From an uncultured Eubacteriales bacterium (lineage in GTDB: Bacteria > Acidobacteriota > Aminicenantia > Aminicenantales > Saccharicenantaceae), in contig CAZGJS010000002.1 in assembly GCA_964525875.1 (NCBI GenBank), positions 118,577-182,576 on the forward strand: a stretch of DNA of 64,000 bases, read 5' to 3'. Of this stretch, positions 37,297 to 46,667 are shown piece after piece; within the stretch, counting starts at the first letter, position 1; each line of letters starts with the position of its first letter. The position numbers and the translations under genes were made by a program. The notes under the pieces were generated by a model. That model saw nothing but the letters and a program-made list of their open reading frames with translations, was not told the origin of the DNA and did not search any database.

Positions 37297-39411
37297 GTGT
37301 ACCGCATTGAGCAACACCCCATCCTGCCCATCCCTCCCCGCAAGTCCATCTCCTTGACATGGAAGGGCCGCTCGCTGGAGGCCTTCGAAGGAGAGACCTT
37401 GTCTTCCGCCCTTTTCGCGGCCGGGGTCCGCGTTTTCGGACACCACGCCAAGGACGGGGCGGCCCAGGGCATTTTCTGCGCCAACGGCCAGTGCGCCCAG
37501 TGTCTCGTCCTGGCCAACGGCATCCCCGTCAAGTCCTGCATGGAGATCGTCAGGCCCGGTATGCGGGTCGAACCCGCCGAGGGCCTGCCCGAGCTGCCCC
37601 GTATCGACGCCGCCGCCCTCGGCGCCGCGAAGACCCACCCTGTCGAAACTCTCCACGTGCCCGTCCTTGTCATCGGCGGCGGCCCGGCCGGCCTCTCGGC
37701 CGGGATCGAGCTCGGCAAACGCGGCATCGAGACCCTCATCATCGACGACAAGCACCGGCTCGGCGGCAAGCTCGTCCTCCAGACGCACCGCTTCTTTGGC
37801 TCGATCGAGGCCGTCTATGCCGGCACGCGCGGCATCGATATCGCCACACGCCTCGAACACGAGGTCCGCGCGTTTCCGCACGTCCGCGTCTGGCTCCAGA
37901 GCGCCGCTCTAGCCGTCTACAGCGACAAGACCGTCGGCGTCATCGTCGAGGGCCGGCGGTACGTCATGGTGAAACCGGATGTCCTTCTCACAACCGCCGG
38001 GGCGAGAGAGAAGAACCTGGCCTTTCCGGGCAGCACCCTGCCCGGGGTCTACGGCGCGGGCGCCTTCCAAACCCTCGTCAACCGGGACCTGGTCAAGCCG
38101 ACGGGCCGGCTGTTCATCGTCGGCGGCGGCAACGTCGGACTCATCGCCGGCTACCATGCCCTGCAGGCCGGCATATCCGTCGTCGGGCTGATCGAGATCC
38201 TGGCCGAGTGCAGCGGCTACAAGGTCCACCGGGACAAGCTGGCCCGCCTCGGCGTGCCCATCTACACGTCGCACACCGTCCTCGGCGCCAACGGGACGGA
38301 CGCCGTCGAATCCGTGACCATCGCCCGCGTCGATGCGCACTTCAAACCCGTTTCGGGGACGGAGCGCTCCTTCGACTGCGATACCGTGCTCATCGCCGTC
38401 GGTCTCGACCCGGTCAACGAATTCCACGAGAAAGCCCGCGAGTTCGGGCTCCCCGCGTTCGCCGCCGGAGACGCCGAGGAGATCGCCGAAGCCTCCGCGG
38501 CCATATTTTCGGGCAAGATCCGCGGCTTGGAAGTCGCCCGGGCCCTCGGCCACGACGTCGGCGAGATCTCGCCGGATTGGTACCGGACCGCCGACATCCT
38601 CAAGTCCCATCCCGGAAAGACGACGCTCGAAATTACGCCTGCGGAGGCGGCGGGCGTTTTCCCGGTCCTCCACTGTCACCAAGAGATCCCTTGCGACCCG
38701 TGCACGGGCGTCTGCCCGAACGACCTCATCGAAATGGACGAGACGGACATCCGTCTTCTCCCGTCGTTCGTCGGCGAGAAGGGCGGCAAGGGCTGCACGG
38801 GCTGCGAAAAATGCGTCGCCATCTGCCCCGGTCTGGCCATCACTCTTGTCGACTACCGCAAGGACCTGGACTTCCCGACCGTAGCCGTTCCGTTCGAGTT
38901 CCTCAAGGACGCCTTGAAGGCCGGCGACACCGTAACCGTCGAAGACACACAAGGAAACGCCCTGGGCCGGGTCGAGGTCGGGGCGGTCAAGGCCCTCAAG
39001 GCCAACGACCGGACCGTGATCGTCAAGGTCCGGGCGCCCCGGGAATATGCCAATAAGATCGCCGGGATCCAGGTTCAGCCGGCCGAGGTCGGCCAGGCCC
39101 TGGGCGGTAACGTCGAGCGCACGGCCGAGGACACCGTCATCTGCCGTTGCGAGCGGGTCACGGCCGGGGCCATCCGGAAACTCATCCGGGACGGCGTCCG
39201 GGACATCAACGAGATCAAATCGGTGACCCGGGCGAGCATGGGCTCCTGCGGCGCCAAGACCTGCACGCCCCTCATCCACCAGCTCTTCCGCGAGGAGGGC
39301 GTCCCCGAGTCCGAGATCGTCGACCAGCCGAAACGGCCCCTGTTCCTGGAGGTGTCCCTGGGGGTGTTCGCGGGCCTTGACGAGGAGGAAGACAGCCGTG
39401 GCACCGGATAG
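37297..39411 (+). CDS. multidomain FAD/NAD(P)-binding oxidoreductase alpha subunit (SoxA/HcnB/PDH1-alpha-like) with 2Fe-2S and ferredoxin-like domains
   Basis: N-terminal Cys cluster (CANGQCAQC), two Rossmann motifs (VLVIGGGPAGLSAG and LFIVGGGNVGLIAGY), ferredoxin-like CDPCTGVCP / CTGCEKCVAICP, and a BFD-like C-terminus (CRCERVTAGAIRK...SCGAKTC). Start set at the GTG 9 nt after GGAAGGAG. The tracked TTG start is 37255. Confidence 0.7.
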   Translation: MYRIEQHPILPIPPRKSISLTWKGRSLEAFEGETLSSALFAAGVRVFGHHAKDGAAQGIFCANGQCAQCLVLANGIPVKSCMEIVRPGMRVEPAEGLPELPRIDAAALGAAKTHPVETLHVPVLVIGGGPAGLSAGIELGKRGIETLIIDDKHRLGGKLVLQTHRFFGSIEAVYAGTRGIDIATRLEHEVRAFPHVRVWLQSAALAVYSDKTVGVIVEGRRYVMVKPDVLLTTAGAREKNLAFPGSTLPGVYGAGAFQTLVNRDLVKPTGRLFIVGGGNVGLIAGYHALQAGISVVGLIEILAECSGYKVHRDKLARLGVPIYTSHTVLGANGTDAVESVTIARVDAHFKPVSGTERSFDCDTVLIAVGLDPVNEFHEKAREFGLPAFAAGDAEEIAEASAAIFSGKIRGLEVARALGHDVGEISPDWYRTADILKSHPGKTTLEITPAEAAGVFPVLHCHQEIPCDPCTGVCPNDLIEMDETDIRLLPSFVGEKGGKGCTGCEKCVAICPGLAITLVDYRKDLDFPTVAVPFEFLKDALKAGDTVTVEDTQGNALGRVEVGAVKALKANDRTVIVKVRAPREYANKIAGIQVQPAEVGQALGGNVERTAEDTVICRCERVTAGAIRKLIRDGVRDINEIKSVTRASMGSCGAKTCTPLIHQLFREEGVPESEIVDQPKRPLFLEVSLGVFAGLDEEEDSRGTG

Positions 39412-40558
39412 GTCCTGCGACGTCGTCATAGTCGGGGCCGGCAGCGTCGGCGCGCCCGCCGCGCTCTCCCTGGCCGAAGCCGGGCTCCGCGTCCTGGTCA
39501 TCGACCAGTATCCGAGCGTCGGACAGGGCTCGAACAAGCGGGCCATCGGCGGCCTCCGGGCCACCCATTCCGACCCGGCCAAGATCCGCATCTGCCTGCG
39601 CAGCCTCGAGGTCTTCTCGACCTGGCAGGAGCGCTTCGGGGACAAGATCGAATGGCGCAAGGGCGGCTACTCGTTCGTCGCCTACCGCGGCGAAGAGGAG
39701 CGGACCCTCAAGGAGCTCCTCGTCATCCAGAAAAAATTCGGCTTGAACATCGACTGGCTGGATGCCAAGGCCCTCCTGGGCGTCATCCCCGACCTCAACC
39801 CCGGAGGCCTCATCGGCGGGACGTTCTCCCCCGACGACGGCCACGCCTCTCCCCTGCTGGCGATCCATGCTTTCTACAGCCGGGCGAAAAAACTGGGCGC
39901 CGAGTTCCTGTTCAATGAAAAAGTCACGGGATACGTCATCGACGGCGGCCGGATCCGGGGCGTTCGGACCGACAAGGGCGAATACGGGGCCGCGGTCGTC
40001 GTCAACGCCGCCGGGCCCTGGGGAGCGGAGATGGCGGCGCTGGCCGGGATCGACGTCCCCGTCCGGCCCGACTCGCACGAGGGCGCAGTGACCGAGGCGG
40101 TCGGCCGTTTTCTCGAGCCCATGGTCGTCGACATCCGCCCCGTCGCCGGCTCGGCCAACCACTATTTTTATCAGCACGACACGGGCCAGGTCATCTTTTG
40201 TATCACCCCCAGCCCCAGCATCTGGGGGATGGACGTCCGCGAGACAAGCTCGTTCCTGCCCATGGTCGCCCGGCGGATGGTCAACCTCATCCCCCGGCTC
40301 AAGAACCTCCGGGTCCGGCGGACCTGGCGGGGCCTCTACCCCATGACGCCTGACGGATTTCCGGTCGTCGGCTGGACACGCGAGCTCGAAGGCTACATGC
40401 TGGCGGTCGGCATGTGCGGCCAGGGTTTCATGCTCGGACCCGGGCTCGGTGAGCTCATGGCCCGCATGGTCCTGGGCACGACCGACGAAAAGGACCGGGA
40501 GACGCTTTCCTACCTCAGCCCCTACCGGGAGTTCAAGGGCCAGGAAAAGCTGAAATAG
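39395..40558 (+). CDS. FAD-dependent oxidoreductase beta subunit (DAO family; sarcosine oxidase beta/HcnC/PDH1-beta-like)
   Basis: DVVIVGAGSVGAPAALSLAEAGLRVLVID (GxGxxG dinucleotide fold) with DAO family length. Its start overlaps the alpha subunit stop. The tracked TTG start is 39377. Confidence 0.75.
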   Translation, partial: AVAPDRSCDVVIVGAGSVGAPAALSLAEAGLRVLVIDQYPSVGQGSNKRAIGGLRATHSDPAKIRICLRSLEVFSTWQERFGDKIEWRKGGYSFVAYRGEEERTLKELLVIQKKFGLNIDWLDAKALLGVIPDLNPGGLIGGTFSPDDGHASPLLAIHAFYSRAKKLGAEFLFNEKVTGYVIDGGRIRGVRTDKGEYGAAVVVNAAGPWGAEMAALAGIDVPVRPDSHEGAVTEAVGRFLEPMVVDIRPVAGSANHYFYQHDTGQVIFCITPSPSIWGMDVRETSSFLPMVARRMVNLIPRLKNLRVRRTWRGLYPMTPDGFPVVGWTRELEGYMLAVGMCGQGFMLGPGLGELMARMVLGTTDEKDRETLSYLSPYREFKGQEKLK

Positions 40559-40620
40559 GCCTCGCCCCTCTATCCCTGACCTGGTTTTTCATCGAGTGAG
40601 CTGGGTCCCGGACCCGGTCG

Positions 40621-41379
40621 TCAGCGGACGATGAGCTGCCTCCCGTCCACGGTCATGATGCTCATCTCGATGTCATAGACGGCCTTGAGGAGGGCCTCGC
40701 TCAGGATGTCGCCGGGCCGACCGGCGGCCACGATCCCGCCGCCCTTCATGAACACCATTTCATCGGAGTACTTCACCGCCATGTCCAGGGTGTGCAGGGT
40801 GACGATGACGGTTTTTCCCATCTCCCTGGCCAGTCGCCGGATGAGCTCCAGGATCTCGATCTCGTGGCGGGGGTCGAGGAATGTGGTCGGCTCGTCGAGG
40901 AGCAGGATGTCGGGTTCCTGGGCCAGCGTCCGGGCGATGAGGACGAGCCGCCTCTCCCCCGAACTGAGCTCGAAAAACGGCCGGGCCGGGTAGTCGGCAA
41001 GTCCGACATAGCCCAGGGCCGCTTTGGCGGCCGCGACATCGTGGCGCGAAGGCGATGAGAAGACCGGGATGGAGGCGGCCCGGCCCGTCAGGACGAAATC
41101 CAGGACGGAATAGTTGAAGGTGAAGGCGGGCTCCTGGGGCACGTAGCCGACGAGTCGGGCCCGGCTCTTCCCGCTGAGGCCGGCCAGGTCTTTTCCGTCC
41201 ACGAAGACCGAGCCCCGGGACGCCGGGAGGACGGCGGCGAGGCACTTGAGGAAGGTCGACTTGCCTGCGCCGTTGGGGCCGACGATGGATGTCACCCGGG
41301 CCTCGGCGAACGTCTGGCCGGCGACCCGGAGCGAAAACTCCCCGTAGGAGAAATGCAGATACTCGACACGGACCTTCAT
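40621..41379 (-). CDS. ABC transporter ATP-binding protein (FecE/BtuD-type)
   Basis: Walker A GPNGAGKST, signature LSSGERRLVLIARTL, Walker B ILLLDEPTTFLD. Start at the internal ATG (MKVRVEYL) overlapping the permease stop (ATGA). Confidence 0.85.
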   Translation of the reverse strand: MKVRVEYLHFSYGEFSLRVAGQTFAEARVTSIVGPNGAGKSTFLKCLAAVLPASRGSVFVDGKDLAGLSGKSRARLVGYVPQEPAFTFNYSVLDFVLTGRAASIPVFSSPSRHDVAAAKAALGYVGLADYPARPFFELSSGERRLVLIARTLAQEPDILLLDEPTTFLDPRHEIEILELIRRLAREMGKTVIVTLHTLDMAVKYSDEMVFMKGGGIVAAGRPGDILSEALLKAVYDIEMSIMTVDGRQLIVR

Positions 41380-42395
41380 AGCCAGATCTTGCCCGATTTT
41401 TTCAGAAGGACGATGAAAAAGGGGATCCCGACGACACTCGTCAGGATGCCTATGGGAATTTCGAAGGAGGCCGCGCTCCGGGCGATGTCGTCGGCGACGA
41501 TGAGGAGCGAGGCCCCGCAAGCGGCCGAAAGCGGGATGACCTTCCGGTTGTCGGCGCCGACGGCCATGCGGACGAGGTGGGGGACGATGAGTCCGACCCA
41601 GCTGATGACGCCCGTGACGGCCGTGGCGGCGGCCGTCGTCAGAGCGGCCAGGACGACGACGGCGATCTTCTCCCGCTTGATGTTGACGCCCAGGGCGCGG
41701 GCTTCGTCGTCGCCGAGCGAAAGGACGTTCATCCGCCAGCGGAGGAGGATCAGCACGGTCACGCCGACGCCGATGACGGGCAGGGTCACACCGAGGTCCT
41801 TCCAGTCGGCCTGGGCCAGGCTGCCCATGAGCCAGAAGATCAGGGATTGAAGGGCATAGGGGTTGGCGAAGAACTCGACGAGAGACAGAAGGGCCTGGAA
41901 AAGGGCCGAGACGATGACGCCGCTGAGAAGGATGGTCACGACCTGCGAGGCGGCCTTGCCGGCGATGAACAGAACGGCCAGGACGGCGATGATGGCGAAT
42001 AAGAAGGCCGCGGCCTGGGCCGGGACCTTGCGACCGAGGAAAACGAGAGACAGGGCGGCGCCGAAGGCCGCGCCGTAGGATATTCCAAGACTGAATTCGA
42101 AGACCAGAGGATTCTTGAAGATGGCCTGGAGGGAAGCGCCGGACACCGCGAGAGCAGCGCCGGCGAAAAGCGCCAGGAGGAGCCGCGGCAGGCGGATACG
42201 GAAGAGGATGTCCGCATAGGGCGAGGGGCCGCCCGAGGCGCCGCCGGGAAAAATCGCGCCGACGATGGTTGTGAAGACAGCCTTGGGCGGAATGCGGTAG
42301 GCGCCGATGTTCAAGGACAGCAGGAGAAGGACGATAGGCAGCACGGCGGCCAGGACGAAAGCCGCCGTCGCTCTTTTATTCCGGTTTCCACTCAT
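41376..42395 (-). CDS. FecCD-family ABC permease (iron-siderophore/cobalamin-type importer)
   Basis: Polytopic membrane protein with the FecCD C-terminal region ...LTTAAATAVTGVISWVGLIVPHLVRM...IPIGILTSVVGIPFFIVLL. Start at the internal ATG (MSGNRNK). Confidence 0.8.
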   Translation of the reverse strand: MSGNRNKRATAAFVLAAVLPIVLLLLSLNIGAYRIPPKAVFTTIVGAIFPGGASGGPSPYADILFRIRLPRLLLALFAGAALAVSGASLQAIFKNPLVFEFSLGISYGAAFGAALSLVFLGRKVPAQAAAFLFAIIAVLAVLFIAGKAASQVVTILLSGVIVSALFQALLSLVEFFANPYALQSLIFWLMGSLAQADWKDLGVTLPVIGVGVTVLILLRWRMNVLSLGDDEARALGVNIKREKIAVVVLAALTTAAATAVTGVISWVGLIVPHLVRMAVGADNRKVIPLSAACGASLLIVADDIARSAASFEIPIGILTSVVGIPFFIVLLKKSGKIWL

Positions 42396-43455
42396 GGCAG
42401 TCGAGGATGCCGCAGAGGGCGCTGAAGAGGCCCTCCACTCCATAGAATTCCTTGAAAATGGCATCGCCTTCCCGGGTCAGGTCGAAGTTCGGGAAGCTTC
42501 CCGGATGAAAAAGCCGGGCGAGGTAGGCCGTTTCGACGAGGACGAGGGCCGGATCCCACCAGTACCAGAACCCGAACGTGTAATGGACGCGTCCATCCCG
42601 CACCGCCCGGACCGAGGCGATCCGGGGGTCCCCGAGGATACCCTCGACGGTCACCAGTCTCTCGGCCGGAGGATAATTGCCCTGGACGAGGATGACCTCC
42701 GGGTCCCAGAGCAGGATCTGTTCGAGGGATACGGTCGCGCCGGCCGTGCCGAGATAGGAAGGGAGGAGACGGGAGGCCAGGTTTCTTCCGCCGGCCGCTT
42801 CGACGGGCTCATAGGAGACCGGGGTCCGGAGGAGAGAGCCCCAAAAGGACAGGTAAACCGAGGGTCCGGCATCCGCTGCCCGGGGAGGGCCGATTCCGCG
42901 CACCAATTCCATGCGGCTTCCGAAGAAGGAAACGAGCTCCGCCGCGCGCTCCTCTCTGCCGAGGATCCGGCCGAGCGTTTCGATCTCCGCAAGGAGGTTC
43001 CGGAACTTGCCCATCGAGGCCAGCGCCACCACCGGCCGCTTCATTTTCCGCTCGATCGACTCGGTCATCCGGAATTCCGAAGGCGATGAAAAAATGATGT
43101 CGGGCCGCAGCCGGATGGCTTCCTCGTAGTTGAGTTCCTGGCCCTGGTTCGAAACGACCGGAAGGCGTTCGGAGGGAGGAAAAACGAGAGGAAAAAGCCG
43201 GTCGTGGTTGCGAAGAAAGAAGTCAACCCCCACCAGCCTCTTCCCCTCCCCCAGGGCGACGATGATCCGGGTGATCTCCGGCTCGAGCGAGATGATCCGC
43301 TCGACCCTGGCGGGGATGGCGACCGTCCGCCTCAGGCTGTCGACGACATTAATGGGACCTCCGGCCTGTCCGGCAACGCCGGCCGGCGCAGCCAGCATAA
43401 TCAGTACGGCCCCGCAGAGGAGACGATTTTTTCCGGCGCGGCCAAGGCATCTCAT
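42376..43455 (-). CDS. periplasmic substrate-binding protein, TroA-like/cluster-A (FecB/BtuF-type)
   Basis: Signal peptide and the class III PBP layout (RIISLEPEITRIIVALGEGKRLVGVD ... RPDIIFSS). Its start overlaps the upstream gene stop (ATGA). Confidence 0.75.
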   Translation of the reverse strand: MRCLGRAGKNRLLCGAVLIMLAAPAGVAGQAGGPINVVDSLRRTVAIPARVERIISLEPEITRIIVALGEGKRLVGVDFFLRNHDRLFPLVFPPSERLPVVSNQGQELNYEEAIRLRPDIIFSSPSEFRMTESIERKMKRPVVALASMGKFRNLLAEIETLGRILGREERAAELVSFFGSRMELVRGIGPPRAADAGPSVYLSFWGSLLRTPVSYEPVEAAGGRNLASRLLPSYLGTAGATVSLEQILLWDPEVILVQGNYPPAERLVTVEGILGDPRIASVRAVRDGRVHYTFGFWYWWDPALVLVETAYLARLFHPGSFPNFDLTREGDAIFKEFYGVEGLFSALCGILDCHEWKPE

Positions 43456-44123
43456 CGAAACCCGAAGACGACTTCGCCGAAGAATTCGGGCCGGTGGAAG
43501 TCGGGAGAAGGCGTGTCGACCGGGTTCCAGGCCCCATAGTGGGGGACTTCCGTCTCGTCACCGCACTTGTAGAAATTCGCTCTGGCCCGATGTCCGGGAA
43601 GGATATCCTGACCGTAGATCTTCCGGAAAAGGACGAGCGGCACCCTATACTCGAGGGTCCACGTGTCGCCGCCGTGCTCGCCGTCGCAGGGCCCGCCGAT
43701 CGACGAGGCGACGTCGAAGCCGGAAAGGTCTTCGGGCCAGAGCGGTTTTCGGTTGTTACGGTCGGGACCGAAGGCGGCCAATAGGATTCCCGCGGCGTTG
43801 GTCTCGAAATTGACGTATCCCTGCCGGCTCTCCGGGAAAGCGTCGATGAAGAACTCGACGCAGCTGTCCTTGTAGACGGGGTCCTGGAATTTCACGTATT
43901 TGACGCGAACCCGGCGCTCCCCCACCAGGAACCTGACATGGAGGGAACTGCGGGAATAACACAGCTTGACCTCGACAGGAGGGCGGTAGCCGTTGTCGAG
44001 CCAGAGATAGTGATCGATCCCGAGCGACGGGATCCCCGGCCAGGGCCCGGAGGCATCGCCGGGCAGGAACTCGGCGTCGACCGGCAGGATCGTGTACGAG
44101 CGTCGCGGTGCAGAGAGCGTCAT
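43452..44123 (-). CDS. cytoplasmic CBM9-like / DOMON-like domain protein
   Basis: 223 aa from the internal ATG (MTLSAPRR). The C-terminal PSPDFHRPEFFGEVVF resembles the family-9 carbohydrate-binding-module-like fold. No signal peptide. ATGA overlaps on both sides. Confidence 0.5.
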   Translation of the reverse strand: MTLSAPRRSYTILPVDAEFLPGDASGPWPGIPSLGIDHYLWLDNGYRPPVEVKLCYSRSSLHVRFLVGERRVRVKYVKFQDPVYKDSCVEFFIDAFPESRQGYVNFETNAAGILLAAFGPDRNNRKPLWPEDLSGFDVASSIGGPCDGEHGGDTWTLEYRVPLVLFRKIYGQDILPGHRARANFYKCGDETEVPHYGAWNPVDTPSPDFHRPEFFGEVVFGFR

Positions 44124-46249
44124 TTGACCGGCCCCGCACAGGCCTTGACCAACTTGGTCACGGCCGAGAGAACAGCGAGCTCGGCGTGGGCCGCCGGTTT
44201 GGCAGCTTCGGCCAGGATCGTCCCCTTTTCCTCCGCCCAGGCCGCCGGCTGGCTCTGCCCCTTCATGAGCCGGTCGAGCGCCTCGAGTCCGACCTCGCAG
44301 GCACGGGCCAGGCCGAGAGACAGAGGCTCGATCTCTCTCAAGGCCGGCGAAGCCGCGATGACCGGCAGGACCAGGACATGGTTGGCCTTCCATAGCGCCA
44401 GGGTCGCGCCGATCTCCCGGCCGAGCATCGGGTCTTTTCCAGCCAGGAATTGGTCGACTTTCTTCCTGAAGACCCGCGCGGCGAGGGATTCGGGCGCGCA
44501 GGCGTCGACGAAGCGCGTGAAGGGGGAAAGGCTGGTGTAGGCGGCCTGGCCGTGCCGCTGGTAATTCTTGAGCGGCTCGACGGCTTCCGCCAGGACCTGC
44601 AGCGGCTCGATCTGCGCGTCACCGGCGAGGCGTCTGAGCAGCATGTCCGGGTTCTTGAGATGCAGGAGGCCCAGCTCCTCGAGCTCGATGCTGACCGGAC
44701 CAAGCCGGCGGTACATTTCGTCGACGTTCGTCACCGAAGCCGGGGACCAGAGCCGCTCGGCGATGGCCGCCGTCCGCGGCCAGATCCGCGAGTCGATCGT
44801 TTCCGGCGTCACCAGCTCGGACCACATCGTCGCTTCGCCGCCCAGGATGAGCGCTTTCTGACGGTCGTCGAGCGGCGAATCCGGAGGCAGGGGGTCGTTC
44901 AGATAATGGACCTCGGCCGGCAGGCAGAGGTCGATGTAATAGCCGTTCGAGAGGATCCCCTGATATCCTTTTTGGGCGGCTTCGACGAGGGCCTTCGGGC
45001 CGCGCCACGAATGAATGACGATGTCGTTCGGCAGCCCGGGCTGAAAGACCTCGTCCCAGCCGACCATCTTCTTGCCGTACTTGGTCAGGATCTTGAGAAG
45101 ACGCTTGTTGAAATAGGCCTGGAGGGCGCCGTTGTCCACGAGGCCGTTCTTTTTCTTGAAGGCCTGGATGGCCGGGTTGGCGTCCCACTGATGGCCTTCG
45201 ACCTCGTCCCCACCGATGTGCAGGTACGGGTCGGGGAATAGGGCGCTCATCTCCTTGAGGAACGCGTCGAAGAAGGGATAGATCCGCTCGTCGGCCGGGT
45301 TGAAGGCCGGGCCGAAGACGCCGAACTTCCTTTCGATCCCGTAAGGGCCCGGCGCGCTCGAGAATTCGGGGTAGGCGACGAACCAGCTCGTCGAATGGCC
45401 GGGGATGTCGAACTCGGGCATGACCCGGATGCCGCGTTCGGCCGCGTAATCGATGACATCCCGGATCTGGGCCTGGGTGTAGAACATCCCATCGGAGCCG
45501 AGCTGGTGGAGCTTGGGAAACACCTTGGATTCGACCCGGAAGCCCTGGTCCTCGGTCAGATGCCAGTGGAAGACGTTCATCTTGACGGCGGCCATAGCGT
45601 CGAGGTTCCGCTTGATCACGTCGACGGGTTGGAAGTGCCGGCCGACGTCGATGAGCAGCCCGCGCCAGGTGAAGCGGGGCCTGTCGGCGATGTCGACGCA
45701 GGGAAAATAATAGCCTGCCTCGTCCGCGCTGAGAAGCTGGAGCAGGGTCTCGAGGCCGCGCAGGATGCCGATGTCGGTTTTCGCGCTCAGGACGACCTTC
45801 GCCGTATCGATTGAGAGAATGTAAGACTCGTCTTCGTTGGGCACGAGCGTGCCCGTCTTGTCGAAGCTGTAGAGGATTCCGCCTTCACCGGCCGGCTTTT
45901 GGACGGCCAGGAAATCCTGCTTCAGGAAGAGGCCCGTCCGGCCGGCCAACCGGGACATGAAACGGGCAGCGGCCCTGAAGGCACGGTCAGACGGAGCGAT
46001 GGGCAGGCGCTGGATGACGGAATCCCCGGACGGGAAACTGAGAATCTCGGGCTTCGTGCCGCCGATGACCAAGTTTTCATCGACCCTGAAGCGGCCCTCC
46101 CGGACGGTCACGCTCGCGGGAGCGGGCATGAGCTTGAGGACGCCGTCGACGGAAGCAGCGGCGGGCGCGTGTATCGCAAGGACGCTCCCGAGTGTCAAGA
46201 AGGTCAAGATGAAGAGAACCAGGGGTTTCGCCGACTGGTGTCCGGTCAT
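44120..46249 (-). CDS. beta-N-acetylhexosaminidase (GH20), secreted
   Basis: Signal peptide and GH20 catalytic region HIGGDEV (D-E pair), with RGLLIDVGRHF and the N-terminal chitobiase/zincin-like domain. 709 aa. Confidence 0.85.
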   Translation of the reverse strand: MTGHQSAKPLVLFILTFLTLGSVLAIHAPAAASVDGVLKLMPAPASVTVREGRFRVDENLVIGGTKPEILSFPSGDSVIQRLPIAPSDRAFRAAARFMSRLAGRTGLFLKQDFLAVQKPAGEGGILYSFDKTGTLVPNEDESYILSIDTAKVVLSAKTDIGILRGLETLLQLLSADEAGYYFPCVDIADRPRFTWRGLLIDVGRHFQPVDVIKRNLDAMAAVKMNVFHWHLTEDQGFRVESKVFPKLHQLGSDGMFYTQAQIRDVIDYAAERGIRVMPEFDIPGHSTSWFVAYPEFSSAPGPYGIERKFGVFGPAFNPADERIYPFFDAFLKEMSALFPDPYLHIGGDEVEGHQWDANPAIQAFKKKNGLVDNGALQAYFNKRLLKILTKYGKKMVGWDEVFQPGLPNDIVIHSWRGPKALVEAAQKGYQGILSNGYYIDLCLPAEVHYLNDPLPPDSPLDDRQKALILGGEATMWSELVTPETIDSRIWPRTAAIAERLWSPASVTNVDEMYRRLGPVSIELEELGLLHLKNPDMLLRRLAGDAQIEPLQVLAEAVEPLKNYQRHGQAAYTSLSPFTRFVDACAPESLAARVFRKKVDQFLAGKDPMLGREIGATLALWKANHVLVLPVIAASPALREIEPLSLGLARACEVGLEALDRLMKGQSQPAAWAEEKGTILAEAAKPAAHAELAVLSAVTKLVKACAGPVK

Positions 46250-46329
46250 GATCGCTCCTCCATCCTTCGGAATCCGAGGGACCAGTTATAGCACGGAGGA
46301 GCGCCGAAGAAAAGCGACAGGCGGGAAGG

Positions 46330-46596
46330 TCAGTCTTCGGTCTTCTCGACGACGATGGTCAGGTTCGATGCGAGCGCGGCGATCGCCCCGACGGCGGCCA
46401 GAATAGGAGCGACGATGGCGCCGACGACGCCGACGGTGAGCGGGATCTCCATGAACGTCTTGCCGTGCTCGTCCTTGAGGATGATCCGGCGGACGTTGCC
46501 CTGGTGGATGATCTCCTTGACCTTGTTGATGATCTCCCCGCCGTTCAGCCGGAATTCCTCATACCTCGTTTTGCCTTGTTTTTTTTCATCGTCCAT
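46330..46596 (-). CDS. DUF4342 family small protein
   Basis: YEEFRLNGGEIINKVKEIIHQGNVRRIILKDEHGKTFMEIPLTVGVVGAIVAPILAAVGAIAAL matches the DUF4342 pattern. Start set at the ATG 6 nt after GGAGG (MDDEKK). The tracked ORF starts at 46656. Confidence 0.55.
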   Translation of the reverse strand: MDDEKKQGKTRYEEFRLNGGEIINKVKEIIHQGNVRRIILKDEHGKTFMEIPLTVGVVGAIVAPILAAVGAIAALASNLTIVVEKTED

Positions 46597-46667
46597 GTTC
46601 ATCCTCCAAACGTCGATGAGGAGCGACCCGACCTGCGGCCGGAAACGTTCCTTCATTCAGGGATACG

